A stretch of 64,000 nucleotides of DNA from Camelus dromedarius (taxonomy: Eukaryota): contig NC_087436.1 in NCBI RefSeq assembly GCF_036321535.1, positions 45,758,001 to 45,822,000 of the forward strand. Reading direction: 5' to 3'. Within the stretch, counting starts at the first letter, position 1. Each line of letters begins with the position of its first letter. Shown one piece after another: positions 51,480-63,050 of the stretch. The translations under genes and the position numbers were made by a program. The notes under the pieces were generated by a model. That model was not told the origin of the DNA and made no database searches. It saw nothing but the letters and a program-made list of their open reading frames with translations.

Positions 51480-54400
51480 TTCGGAGGGGAGATATTGAGA
51501 GAGCCTTCATAATGAGCCTTCAGTATCTATGAAATGTTTTAAAAGCCACTGAGGGAAGAATTTTCAGAACCAATCATTTCCACTTAAAGACCTCAAAGAA
51601 GGGCCTTTTAATAGAGGCCCTCCCGTAACAAATTTAATTGGGCTAAAGAGGAAAGGATTTTAATTCCCAGAACAAGGGAAAAGCTTATTAGCAAAATGAA
51701 GAGAAATACCAAGCACCACATATTTTAACTAGTTTGGGAATCAGCCTTATATCTAAGGAGCTTTTCAAGTGCACACATCCCATTTAAACAATAAACAAAC
51801 TCAGAAAATCAGTGCAGGACCTCATTTAACTGATTTCTACTGGAAATCAGTTCTGATATTAAAAGCCAGCCTTAGCCCTCCAAAACTATTCAGATTAAGG
51901 TCCCTGTTTTCTGTTGACCCTTTCAAGTTTTCTATTTCGGTCCCTTCTGTTTTTTCCCATAACAATTTAAATTAGAGATAAGTAAAGAAGTTAATCGCCC
52001 CCATCCTTCCAAATCTCACTTCCCTAAAGGCTATAATATTGTCTGGTGTACATTCTTTCTGCTTTTCTTTGCTTATACAACATATATTCATATAACAGAG
52101 GTTTCCTCTACTTTCTTTTCACTTCTATTCTTTTAAAAAATGAGGAGATATGTATACATAAAATCATTCTGTAATTTGTTCTACCCTAAAGCCAAACCAT
52201 AAATTCCAGGTCAATAAACCTAAATCTAAGTAATAGCTATATATTTCAAAGCATGGATACAGCATGATCTATTTCACAATCCACCTCAGTTAATTTATCT
52301 TACACTTTGATATGCATAATTTTCTGGTAATAATCACAGCATATACCTATTGAAGTATCTAGATTCAGTCATCCACCTTGCTAGGTACAGGGCAATTCTA
52401 ATATTCTGGATTATCTTGTTATAATTCAAAAAGTGGGTTAGGTGAGTGACAATCTGGCATGGACATTTATTGTTAGAATCTCTACCACCTTTTCCCTTCA
52501 TGTTCGTTATGTCATGTAATATTAAAGAAATCTGATCCTTTTCAATAGGGAATTTCTTAAAAATCAGTAATTTAGAGAAATGCTAGATGTGCCACAGTTA
52601 ACAGTGTAAGCACATCACAGAACCACTAGAGGGCTATATTTACCCACTTAATTTAATATTATACATTTTAGAATGGCATAGCAGGAAGAGACGCAAGATA
52701 ATCTTTTTGCCTCAGTTCTCTCAGCTATATACTTGTATACACTGAAGAAGCTGAACCAGGTTGGTTGATCTGTCCCAGATCTTATAGCTACTAGTATTCA
52801 CATTTTTATAAATGTAAAGTAATTCTGAAGAGCATCTATACTAAGAAAGTGAATCTCACTAGAATTCCAATATCAAAATACTTGCATATGACCCTAAAGC
52901 AATAAACATAATCTGAGAGGAACTCTCCCTTTTAAAAACTGGGTTTTAAGTCTCTCTCTTTTTTTTTTTTTTGCATTCACTATGCAGAATAAAACAAAAA
53001 TGTTTTGAGTTTGCTCTGGATCATAGCCGCTTCCTTTTCTGTGACAGATTATGCCTAGTTGTAGCACCCACTTAAATTTTCCAGAAATAATTATTTCTAT
53101 TCATAAGAAATGAAGAAAAATAATTCCAAAGATGGACAGCTTTTTGCTGTAGATAAAAAATTTCACAGATTATGAATGTGGTAGGTGCAAAGTACTTTTT
53201 TATGCTTCCTTCATGAGTGATACAGAAAAGCGATACTGGGATGAGGCTTAGAGCACTAAGAAACACAACTATAAGCTTATCATGTTTACACAGCTCATGA
53301 TTCTTTTAATTTCATAAACTTCAACTGGCCTAAAGTCAATCCTCCTTTCATAGCTCTTCCCAAATTTTCAGGAATATTAGGAAATATTGCTTGTTGTATT
53401 CCACTAAACTTTTTTAACGCTATGGCAACAAGTGCATTTTATTTTGGCATGATGCAAGCATTCAGAAAGTTAACCACTCAAAAGATTTAATATGTGAATA
53501 ATCATCAAAATGTCTTTTACAATGGAACTTAGTGATACCACAGTACAAATGCATTAATGTTATTTAGGCTCCCTAAGCATATGAACTTGATTCAAAATCA
53601 AATGCCCCAAAGGAAACCCAGAAAGAACCACTATAAGGAAGAAAAGGGAAAAGTAAGATGTGGAAATAAAAGTTTAAAGATGGCTAATGACTAAAACATA
53701 TACCTAAAGTAAAAAGTAAAATCTCAAGTGGTTTGTCTACCAACCTGTATATTATTTCCATCATAGCCATTTTACACTTTTTTTAAATGTTTAAAAAAAA
53801 AAGCATTGGAACATGATACTATTATTTGTCCTTGGGACAATACCATTGCCACTCTAGTGCTATGTCTTTTGCAATCCAAGAGTAAAAACTCTGACCCTAA
53901 CTCTCACTGAAAATTTCAACCCAAGGATTCTAAATCAGCCTCCTTTCCCAAGCTGTAAAAGCACACTTTTTCCTGTGAAAAAATAATTTTCAACATTTGT
54001 TCATTATATATACTTTATGGCTTACATATTTATTAATCCTGCTGCAATTCCATTAATCGAAAAGGGTAAGTAAAACTCCAAATACTGACTTAGGCAATAC
54101 TATATGCTACTCAAACAAGCATCAAGGGTTAACCAAGTATTAGGTATAGCATGCTAGAAAATTTAAGAAAAGATATGGCAACATCATTCTTTCTGAGAAT
54201 GAACACATGAAGGGGGGAAATTCAATGGCAGGGAAAATTACCCTATATCACAGTATTCTAACTTGCTTTCATGGCTACATCTTGAAACTACATTAGCAAT
54301 GAGGACCAAACCAATTTCATTTGCTACGTCCCTACCCAGGAATCTGAACATGCAGCAGGGAATCAAATATTTATTTATGGTGAATAACATCTTAAACCCG

Positions 54401-54880
54401 AGTCCCTTAGAAAAGGTAAAATAAAAACATTCATTAAAGCTTTCAACATTCCAACTATGTTAAATGAGAGAAATTAAACATTTCTTCAGAAATGTCTTGG
54501 GCTTTTAGTTCTCAACTTGAATAGAGCTGTTCCAACTTTAATAGATTCATACTCAATACTGAAATTTTCTAATCAATTATTAATTGTAATTAGAGAAGCT
54601 GCTTTACTAACTTTGATTTATGTACTAACACACAAAAGGGAAAATACAATAAAGGGTACTGATGTTCTCATATGAAAAAGGCAAACATTTTGAAAGGGAG
54701 TGTTAATTTATAAATAATGTTGGAAGTACTGCTCCACCAGCCTATTTTTTTAAAAAGATCAGTTATATATGTAAACAAATCATCTTTTCTATCTTAAGTC
54801 TACTGGGTTGTTCCTTTTAACCTCAAAAATAGCTCTGGTTTAATAAACACAGCTTTAAATAACTTAAAAGAATAAGATAC

Positions 54881-54929
54881 TTTATTTTAAAAATTCAAAT
54901 ATGCTTCAAATGAAAGCGGTCCCTTTATT
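54881..54929 (-). terminator. GAR1: GAR1 candidate polyadenylation signals (AATAAA x2)
   Basis: Plus-strand tttatt at 54924-54929 and 54881-54886, about 240-280 nt after the stop. Confidence 0.7.
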
Positions 54930-55162
54930 AAACACCCACACAGTTCCAAACATTGTACAAAACATTAAAACACTTATTCATACTCTTTTAGAGCAAAATT
55001 GCCTGTTCTGCCGCGCTCATTTTTGCATGATGTTGACATCTGAGTTCCACTGTCATAAAGTGATCGGTTCTTCAGGACTGGCCCAAGAAACAAGTTTCTG
55101 ACCCACAGAAGTATATCATGGAGGCAGAAGTCAACTGGTGAAGTCTCTGTCAACTGTTACAC

Positions 55163-55176
55163 TTAATGTCCTCTTC
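55163..55176 (-). CDS. GAR1: GAR1 last coding exon (GRGH*)
   Basis: ttaatcAG|GA AGA GGA CAT TAA gives the known GAR1 C-terminus RGRGH. Confidence 0.93.
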
Positions 55177-58100
55177 CTGATTAAGAGAAAACGAAATATT
55201 AAGGGTACAGAAAAATAAATTTTTAATAACACTATTACCCAAAAAAGTTTAAAATCAGCATTAGTTCTTGTAAGGTTTATTACCCAACTTACTTTACCAA
55301 ATTTAACTGTCACTTATATTACACTTTTTTGCTTTTCAAATTAAATATATAGCAAAATAAATTAGAAGTGGGTAAAAAAATTCAAAGGGAAAAGTGATAT
55401 AAAATGAAGGTATACATTATGCTATGCAAAGAACACCATGGTGTTCTATATACTTGCTGGCAAACGGAAATAAAAATTAAAAATGGTAGGCAATACCATT
55501 TCTAGAAAGTCGGTCATTTTATGATTATTTTTCTCACTCACCTCTGAAACCACCACCCCCTCTTCCTCCTCTGAAACCTCCACCTCCACCTCTTCCTCCT
55601 CTAAAACCACCTAAAAACAAAGGAAACATTAATTAAATAACAGTAATCTACCATAATCTAATAAGTCCATCAATACAATTCTTGCAATTATAAATAGAGA
55701 CTCACATATTTTATCTTGCAGAATTTTTTAAAAGATAGTTTTATTTTTTATAGTAATTTCCCAATACAGCAGCAGGTTAAAACCCTAGGTCACAATTTTT
55801 TAAACAAGTTTTCTCTTTTAATAAGTTAGAAATGCTTGTTACTTTGAAGTTCAATTTAGTCCTATTGTTAAATATATGAGTACCTCAACTTTTGCTTCTG
55901 GTAAATACTTTTTTTTTTATTGAAATAAGACTTTTTATCTTAAGAACAAAAGAACAAAAAGTAGCAGATATGAGTGGTTTGGCTCTGGGGATACTACCAT
56001 AAATATAATGTTTAAGGTTAATTGAGCTGCATACAGACCATCACTGATGCTCACATGCTGAAGAGCCTTGAAATTAAGTTTTTAAAGCATTTTTCTATCA
56101 TCCAACACAGTTGGCTTCCTATTGCAGTCTCTATTTTTATTTTGGAAGCTAACTTTGTAAAGAATGATAAAATACAAAAAGAAATTATAAAATAAGGAAA
56201 CAAACATACTCCCAAATTACTGATATAAAAAAAAGGTTTTAAGAAAACAGACTGATAGACTTGTGAAAATTTTTTAAATGGTATACATGAGTCTGAATTC
56301 AGAATGGGAATGAGGGGATCTCCATTCATCAAATTCTCAAAGGGATGCTCCTCAAAAATATTTAAGAAAGAAATATGTTCATGTCTCTTAAGAGATTTCC
56401 TCCAAGCTATCCAGACCCAAAAAGGTACATTTGTGGAATGAAATGACAGCTGAGAGGCAAAAGTGAAAGCAGAATTCTCTCCCGCCTGATCCAGTATCAG
56501 AAGCTGTCCAACCCTAATTTGCAGCCCCTCTTCTTCACCACTTTGGCTCTGCCCATCATCCTGTCACTCACCCACCACACAAGTCACAGATCTAAGCACA
56601 CCCAATGCTGCACCCACCCTCATCCCCCACCCTGCTCATCATCCAGCTGCCCATAATGATGAAAATACCCAAACTCTGGTGAAATATATATGTATATGTG
56701 TATATATATATATAAATACTGAAATCAAAGCAGTGAATTTATTGGTAGTAGTCTCTGACATGACATCATAAGATATGAGGTTTTTTTCTGAGCTGCCAAT
56801 TATCTGATTAGGACAAATAATAAAGATATCACCTAACCTCACAAGGTTTTGCTAAATATTAAAAGAATATACTTGGATGTTAAAAGAATAAATGACCAGC
56901 TCCTGATATATAATCACCACTCAATGATGTTCTAAAAAACTAAAATTCAGTTAAGATAATCCTGGACTTTATAAAATGCTCATCAGAACATTAATAACCC
57001 AGAGAGATGAAATCCCTCAAAATAATACCTTTTTTCTTTTTCAGTAAGTTACTGAAACTAGGTATCATTACTGCGGCAATCAACCAAGATTTGAAAACAG
57101 CTTCACTAAAAAATTAAACATAAAGGAAGTTTGCCTATATACAGGATTAAATTGTACTACATAAGCTGGCTGAGACTTATTAAATGTCATTAGAAATTTT
57201 CCCCCATAGGTAACTTACCACCTCTACCACCTCGGCCACCTCCACCTCTTCCTCCTCCTCGACCACCCCTGCCACCGCCTCTTGGAGGTCCTTTCTCACC
57301 TGGAGGTCGAGGTAAAAACCTCTGCAATGGTAGCAGCTTATATGGGTCTATATAAAACTGGAAGTATAATAGAAACAATAAGCATGATGAGTTGGGGGGG
57401 TGGTACAGTACAATTATCAAGAACCTACATGCTAGACTCAACAGCCTGGGTTCAAATCCCAACCCTACTACTTACTACTGTGAAACCCTAGGCAAGGATT
57501 TAATTTCTTTGTGCCTCAGTTTTCTGATCTGTTAGATGAAGATAATAAGGAGCCTACTTCACATAGTCCTTGTGAGGATCAAGAGTAATGTATAAAAATA
57601 AAGCACTTAAACTCAGCATACAGTAAACATTAGATGAATAAAAATAAAAACCAAGACCAATTCAATCTCATTTCTCTTTAAAAATAGATAATGCCCTCCA
57701 AAAATTAACCACATTATCACTAACAGAACTGCCACAAGAAAAATGAAATTACTAAAAATGTAGCATTAAAATTCAAAATGAAGCACTGACATGCTGGGTA
57801 TTTCAAGACTTTAATAAAAGATCAAATCAGTAACTATTTACTGAACAAAGTAATGGAAGATATGTAAAAATTAACCTCCCTCCTCCGTATTTGGGGTTAA
57901 AGAGGATATTCTTCAAGATAATGAAATATAATAGGTGTATTACACAATTTTACACAAAACACACATGCTTCAAATCTGTAATGTATTACTTGTAATAAGA
58001 TGTTTAAATCCCTCTTTAGTATCACCCTACACTCTTTTGCCCTTCACAAATACATCCCTCAAAAACATTGTCTAGTTCTGCACTGTCCAATATGGCAGCC

Positions 58101-61100
58101 ACTAGCCACAAGTGCCTATTTAAACTTAAATTAACCAACACTTAAAGTTCAGTTTCTGAGTCACACTAGCCACATTTCGGGTACCCAACAGCTACAAATG
58201 GCTAGTGGCTACTGCATTGGGCAGGGATTTCCACCATTAAGAAAATTCAACTGGACAGCATCAGTCTAGAGACTAAAATAATAACCTAGGCTGATAAGGA
58301 GGGAATGAACAGTAGATCTTAAAATAAGAAAGGAAGAATGTACAATTTCGCATCTACGATAAAAAACACTAAATAACAAATGCTCAAATAGTGATGTGAG
58401 AAAAGGCAGGCATCCAGATCAAATTCAAGTGGCTATTACAGACAAATCCTTTTCTCAGGTCACCAAATGAGAAGCCTGGCTCTCGGGACCACCTGCAGCA
58501 GTGCAGTTTCCCAGTGGGTACTTCTCAGGGTTTCTACAGCCAGTAGCCATACACTAGCAACCAGGCACTGTCCCCATCTCATCTACTATTCCAACCTGGC
58601 TTATGAGCCTACCACTCCATTGGCTCCATGATCTGTTGACCTCCAAGTTGTTAAATCCAATAAATACTTTGCATTTTGCCACTTGAGCACTTCTTGGAGA
58701 CATTTTGTTCGCTTTACTTTGGTGACATCACTTTTATGAAACTCTCCCTGTTGGCCTCCTCCTTTACTGGCAATTACTGCTCAGTCTCCATTAACAGATA
58801 TAAATAAATTTAAAGGTGCCCCAAAGCTCTGTTCCTCTCTCTCTCTCTTCCTAGACTATATCATACACTGTCTATCCAATGACAACTTCCCAAATCCATC
58901 TCTAATCCAGACTCTTCCTTTGAGTTCCTAACCAATGAATATCTCACAAACGCTTCAAACTCATTATGCCCGAAACTAAATTCATTATCTTCCCCTAATT
59001 TCTTTCTTCTCTACTGTTGCCCATTTTAGTGAACTGTGTGTGATACCATCCACAAGATGTTGAAATCAGACATCTGAAAAGATGGTGATACTTTTTACTT
59101 CAACTTCAATAGCTAATCAATTACCAAGACCTATCAATTCTACTTTCTGTACCTCTCATAAATCCAACAACTTTTTCTCCATTTCCACTGTTACTACCCT
59201 AGTCTAAAATATTTCTTCCAGGACTAAAGCAGCAGTCTCCGATGTGGTCCCTTCACATAGAGTTCTGATTTCTTTCCAGGTGCTCTTTTATTTTTTCAGT
59301 GCCCTCTTTTAAATATAAATTTAACCATATACATCCTTATATTTAAAAACAAAATTAAAGTCTAAATTCTTTTCATAACCTGAAAGCCTTAATAATCTAT
59401 CCCCTGCCTACCTCTGTAACCATTAATTCACAACATTCCTCACTCCTCCTAAATGTTCTATGTCCAAGCTCTACCTCTGCCTATTTTAGATCCTTGAAGT
59501 GGCTTACTATCTGAGACTTGCCTACTTATAATGCACTTCCTCCTCCTCTTTGGCTAGTGCAGTGGTTCCCAAGTGCTAGCCTAAACTTATCAAAATCATC
59601 CAGTTTTCCTTTTTAAAACTGAATCTTTGTCCCTAGGACCCACTGGGTTTAGGAGTACATCCTAGAAATACATCCTCTAAAAAGCTCCCCCAGGTATTGT
59701 GCAACCAGGTTTGGGAGTCACTCGTAGTCAACTTGCAGGTCTCAGCTTCAAGCTCACATCCTCAGAAAGCCAATACACTAAACTTTGTCTCATTACTAAA
59801 ATTGTCATAGCAGCCTATATTTCTCCTTTACAGCATATATTATGTTACTGAAGTATCTGTAAAATCATTTAATATCTGACTTCTCCCAGATAATATAAGC
59901 TTCATAATGTAAGTTATACTTAGAACACAAGCTTTCCAATGAGTTTTATATAAGCTAAAAAAATATACTCTAGCAGTTACAGAATTTGCTAATATGACCA
60001 AGGATTACTTTCTGAAAAATTGAATTTGATAAATTTGTTTAAAGATTGGTAAGTTCAATGTCTAAAGTACAGAACATCTCAGTTTAAGAGCTTCACTAGT
60101 GACATACTGAGGGAGTAACAAGTGCCCTATGTAAAACTGTCCTAATAACTACCTTAGGTCTTTTGCTTATAAAACCAAGGATCCTACGTATCAAAGGCTT
60201 GACTCACCTTCTGTAGTTTTTTAAAGGAAGATGCCTTCATGTTTTCTGACAATTTAACTGAAAAATACTATTAACTCTATTAAGGAATAAGCAATTAAGA
60301 TTGAAGACGATAACCTTCTGAATTCATGTGCAATTTTAAAAACAACAAGTTTATAACATATGGAAGTATTTAGAAAAAGTAAGAAATGAGTTTCCAAGTA
60401 GGAATGAAGTTTTCACTTTTGTTTTAAAACTTCCAATTCCACCATATTACAGTGGCATCATCATATCCAAAGCAAAGTACCTCAACCCTGTGACACTTAT
60501 CCAGATGGCAATCATTTCTAAAACCTTCCAAAAAGGAAGTCGCACGTATAGGGCCTACCTTCTCAATATATGCGGAAACACATTCTCCTCTCTTGATTTT
60601 CCCTTATGGTCCAATGTTAGTAATACTCTGTCCAATTTAATGAAGAAACAATTTTAATTTAATCAATACATGGCTCCAGAAAAGGCAAATAATAACCTTT
60701 CAATGAGATGGCTACATCTTCCAATTAAAAAGGATACAAAATCTCTAAGTTGTCCAAATATTTCATCCACTTTTCCAATCTGTTCTTTATTTTCTAAATA
60801 AACTGGAGCATTGAAATAAGGCACCTTATTTTCATCTGTGGTACATTTACAAACTATGTCATCTTCACAGGGGTGCAGGAACTCTCCCAATACTGAAAGA
60901 GGACAAGAAAATGTTACAATATAAAACAATTTCAAGTGATACTGACCAACCTCTTCTGGAAGCTTTCTCCTTGGCTACCTGCGATTTCATCGTATCTGTT
61001 CTCCTCTGAGGCAAAAAAAGCCTTCCTGGGTTGGTCCACAACATACTAGCTATGTGACCCAGGGTAAGGTTCTTGCCTTCCCTCTGCTTCAGTGTCCTCA

Positions 61101-62597
61101 TCTTTAATGTAGGGGTAGTAACAGTACCGACACCTAACATCTAGTATTGTGAGGATTACATGCAATGATAAATGTCAAGTGCTTAGAAAGTACCTGGCAC
61201 ATTGAGAACTCAACCTATAAGTTATTTTATTATAATAACTATTAGTATGTGATTAAACTATGCTTCATTCTACTGTCTCTTCTTCGATCTCTTCATCCCT
61301 AACTCTAAGTCAGTCTCTGTTGATCTCCTGTCTTTTTTTCCCCGCTTCATAACTTCCCAGCACCACCTCTTCACCAATGACTTCAGTCTTTTCCAAGGAA
61401 GTCTAGAACCTCAAAATACTACCTTTATATCTAACTTATGGTTAACCTAAACAAAAATACTCGTCTTATTCCTACAAAACCAACTCTCCATGCCTATCAC
61501 CCCAGCTCAAAATCTAGACCCTTTTATTCTTAGTATTAACCAAGTTCTAGTGACTTTGTCTCCATTAAATATCTCTCCTATCTAACACTTCTTTTCTTTC
61601 CTCATTTCCACCATGCTCTCAAAGTGTCACGCATGGACTATTATAGGCTAGGCTTGTAGGCTAGAATCTTTGACTCTAGCTGCTAACCTCTTTAAAGCAT
61701 CTTGCATACCAATCCCACCTACTCTTTACATTAGACTCTGTTCATCCTTTTTCCTCTTTGATGTAGGCTTCTACTGTCAAATCTGTCTAACTTTCCATGA
61801 CTTTCATCCTTCCTCACTGATAATTATTCCAAAACTGCTCTAATTAGGCCCTTTTCTTGACTTTTCCGCTGTAGTTTCCCTTCCAAGCAAAATTTTTTCC
61901 TCATTTCTCTTACTGCAATTGAAAGCATGGGCTTTGGAGTCAGAAAACATGACTTGTATCTCAAATATATCATTTAAGATCACTTATCACTTGATCCTAG
62001 CAAAGAAACTTAATTCTCAATTACAGTTTTCTTATCTGCGAAATAGGTACAATAGGAGTAAGCGCATATTATCTATTTAATGTGTTCCTTTCAATCAAAG
62101 TTCAATCTCCACCATGCATTCTAAGTGTCTTTCAGCTTTCTTGAACTGCCCCTTACATACTACAGCACAGCTATTATAAGTCAGTTTACAGACCCTCCGT
62201 AGACTTGACTCCCCAACCAAGCAGCAACCTCCGTATGACAGAGAGCTGCTAGACCTATCTTTCAGCAACTGGCTTCCAGTCAAACAAAAACTCACAACCT
62301 CGGTTCCTCGACCCCGCTCCACCTCCCCCGCCTCCGCCCCCCAAGTAGACCAAGCTTTGAAACCGACATACAAACTACTTGTTCTGGAGGTCCTTGGTCT
62401 TGGCCTTTGTTAAAGCCTCCGCGGCCACCCCCTCGTCCAAATCCTCCTCTGCCGCCGCCGCCGCCGCCTCTGAAATTACCGCCGCCACCGCCTCTGAAAT
62501 TACCGCCGCCTCCACCTCGGAAGTGGTTGTTGCTGCCGCCGCGACCGAAGCCGCCACCTCGATTAAAGCCTCCACGACCTCCGCCTCGGAAAGACAT
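55163..62597 (-). CDS. GAR1: GAR1 H/ACA ribonucleoprotein complex subunit 1; join(complement) 62372-62597, 60738-60892, 60208-60267, 57219-57357, 55542-55610, 55163-55176; 663 nt = 220 aa + stop
   Basis: Spliced translation [10 protein letters not shown]...[107 protein letters not shown]...FRGRGH*. This is the Gar1/Naf1 core between two RGG domains. All junctions are GT-AG with matching phases. Confidence 0.98.
55542..55610 (-). CDS. GAR1: GAR1 coding exon 5 (C-terminal RGG repeats)
   Basis: tttttAG|GT GGT TTT AGA GGA GGA AGA...TTC AGA G|GTGAGT; 69 nt. Confidence 0.95.
57219..57357 (-). CDS. GAR1: GAR1 coding exon 4 ([28 protein letters not shown]...)
   Basis: Acceptor ttccAG, donor G|GTAAGT; 139 nt. 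Confidence 0.97.
57405..57630 (+). mobile_element. MIR
   Basis: gcctgggttcaaatcccaaccctactacttact...tgtgcctcagttttctgatctgt...ttgtgaggat. Confidence 0.8.
58078..58262. mobile_element. MER3-like hAT-Charlie element (GAR1 intron)
   Basis: cactgtccaatatggcagccactagccaca...ggctagtggctactgcattgg...ctggacagca; gtctag at both flanks. Confidence 0.8.
58540..59900. mobile_element. L2 LINE remnant
   Basis: ctccaagttgttaaatccaat; ctcaaactcattatgcccgaaactaaattcattatcttcccc; ccatttccactgttactaccctagtc. Confidence 0.7.
59560..59722. mobile_element. MER5-like element within L2
   Basis: cagtggttcccaa...aaaagctccccaggt...ccaggtttgggagtcact. Confidence 0.6.
60208..60267 (-). CDS. GAR1: GAR1 coding exon 3 ([20 protein letters not shown])
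   Basis: 60 nt, read by hand (below ORF-track cutoff); acceptor aatAG, donor AAG|GTGAGT. Confidence 0.96.
60268..60737 (-). other. GAR1: U12-type (minor spliceosome) GT-AG intron in GAR1
   Basis: 5' splice site GTATCCTTT; branch box TTCCTTAAT at 60279-60287, 12-13 nt upstream of the AG; no polypyrimidine tract. Confidence 0.92.
60738..60892 (-). CDS. GAR1: GAR1 coding exon 2 ([10 protein letters not shown]...GQLRDF)
   Basis: Acceptor tctttcAG|TA, donor TTT|GTATCCTTT; 155 nt. Confidence 0.97.
61020..61230 (+). mobile_element. MIR
   Basis: ctagctatgtgaccca...cttcagtgtcctcatctttaatgtaggggtagtaacagtacc...gtgcttagaaagtacctggcaca. Confidence 0.75.
62372..62597 (-). CDS. GAR1: GAR1 first coding exon (N-terminal GAR/RGG domain)
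   Basis: ATG at 62597, acceptor ttctcaccAG at 62610-62611, donor T|GTATGT at 62371; 226 nt coding. Confidence 0.96.
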
Positions 62598-62949
62598 GCT
62601 CGCTCCTACCTGGTGAGAAAAACAGTGCGTGCCTTTCGATCATTGTGGCCTCCTGGGTACAGCGCCGAACCCCTCTGAGCTTCGGTCGGAACACCATAAA
62701 AGGGGACATAATAATAATAGCAACCCTGCCACCTCACCCACGGCCAGGCCGCCAGTGACGAGCCCGAAGAGTGAGTGTCACCTCCCCATAGCCCTGTGAG
62801 CTCGGACCAAGCACTCACTAGCCGCGTCGCCCCCGGTTAGTATCTCCTCCCCCACCAGGCAGCAAGGTCCTCGGTCGCATTCCCTCCCGCCCTACGCTGG
62901 GTTCCGTGTCCAGCATTCTCAAATCTCCCAGCCCTCTCCCGCCACTCAC

Positions 62950-63050
62950 CGGCGCCACGTGCACCTCAGTCCCGGGTACGCACACCCACCCGCCCGGTAC
63001 TTCCGCCGCACGAGAGCCTCCTCGGCCACCGTACCGGCACAAAGCGGGGG
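62950..63050 (-). other. GAR1: GAR1 putative non-coding first exon (5' boundary approximate)
   Basis: Strong donor CCG|GTGAGT at 62949 inside the CpG island; further donor-like GTGAGT at 62818. Confidence 0.55.

Noticed and set aside
55177..62371. Intronic snoRNA in GAR1 (ribosome-biogenesis genes often host them)
   Set aside because: I could not identify a convincing C/D pair with terminal stem or an H/ACA double hairpin by eye; an Infernal/Rfam scan would be decisive.
62375..62678. Pro-rich and Ala-rich ORFs (62407..62616 +, 62379..62678 +, 62375..62575 -)
   Set aside because: Alternative-frame or antisense readings of the GC-rich RGG exon of GAR1.
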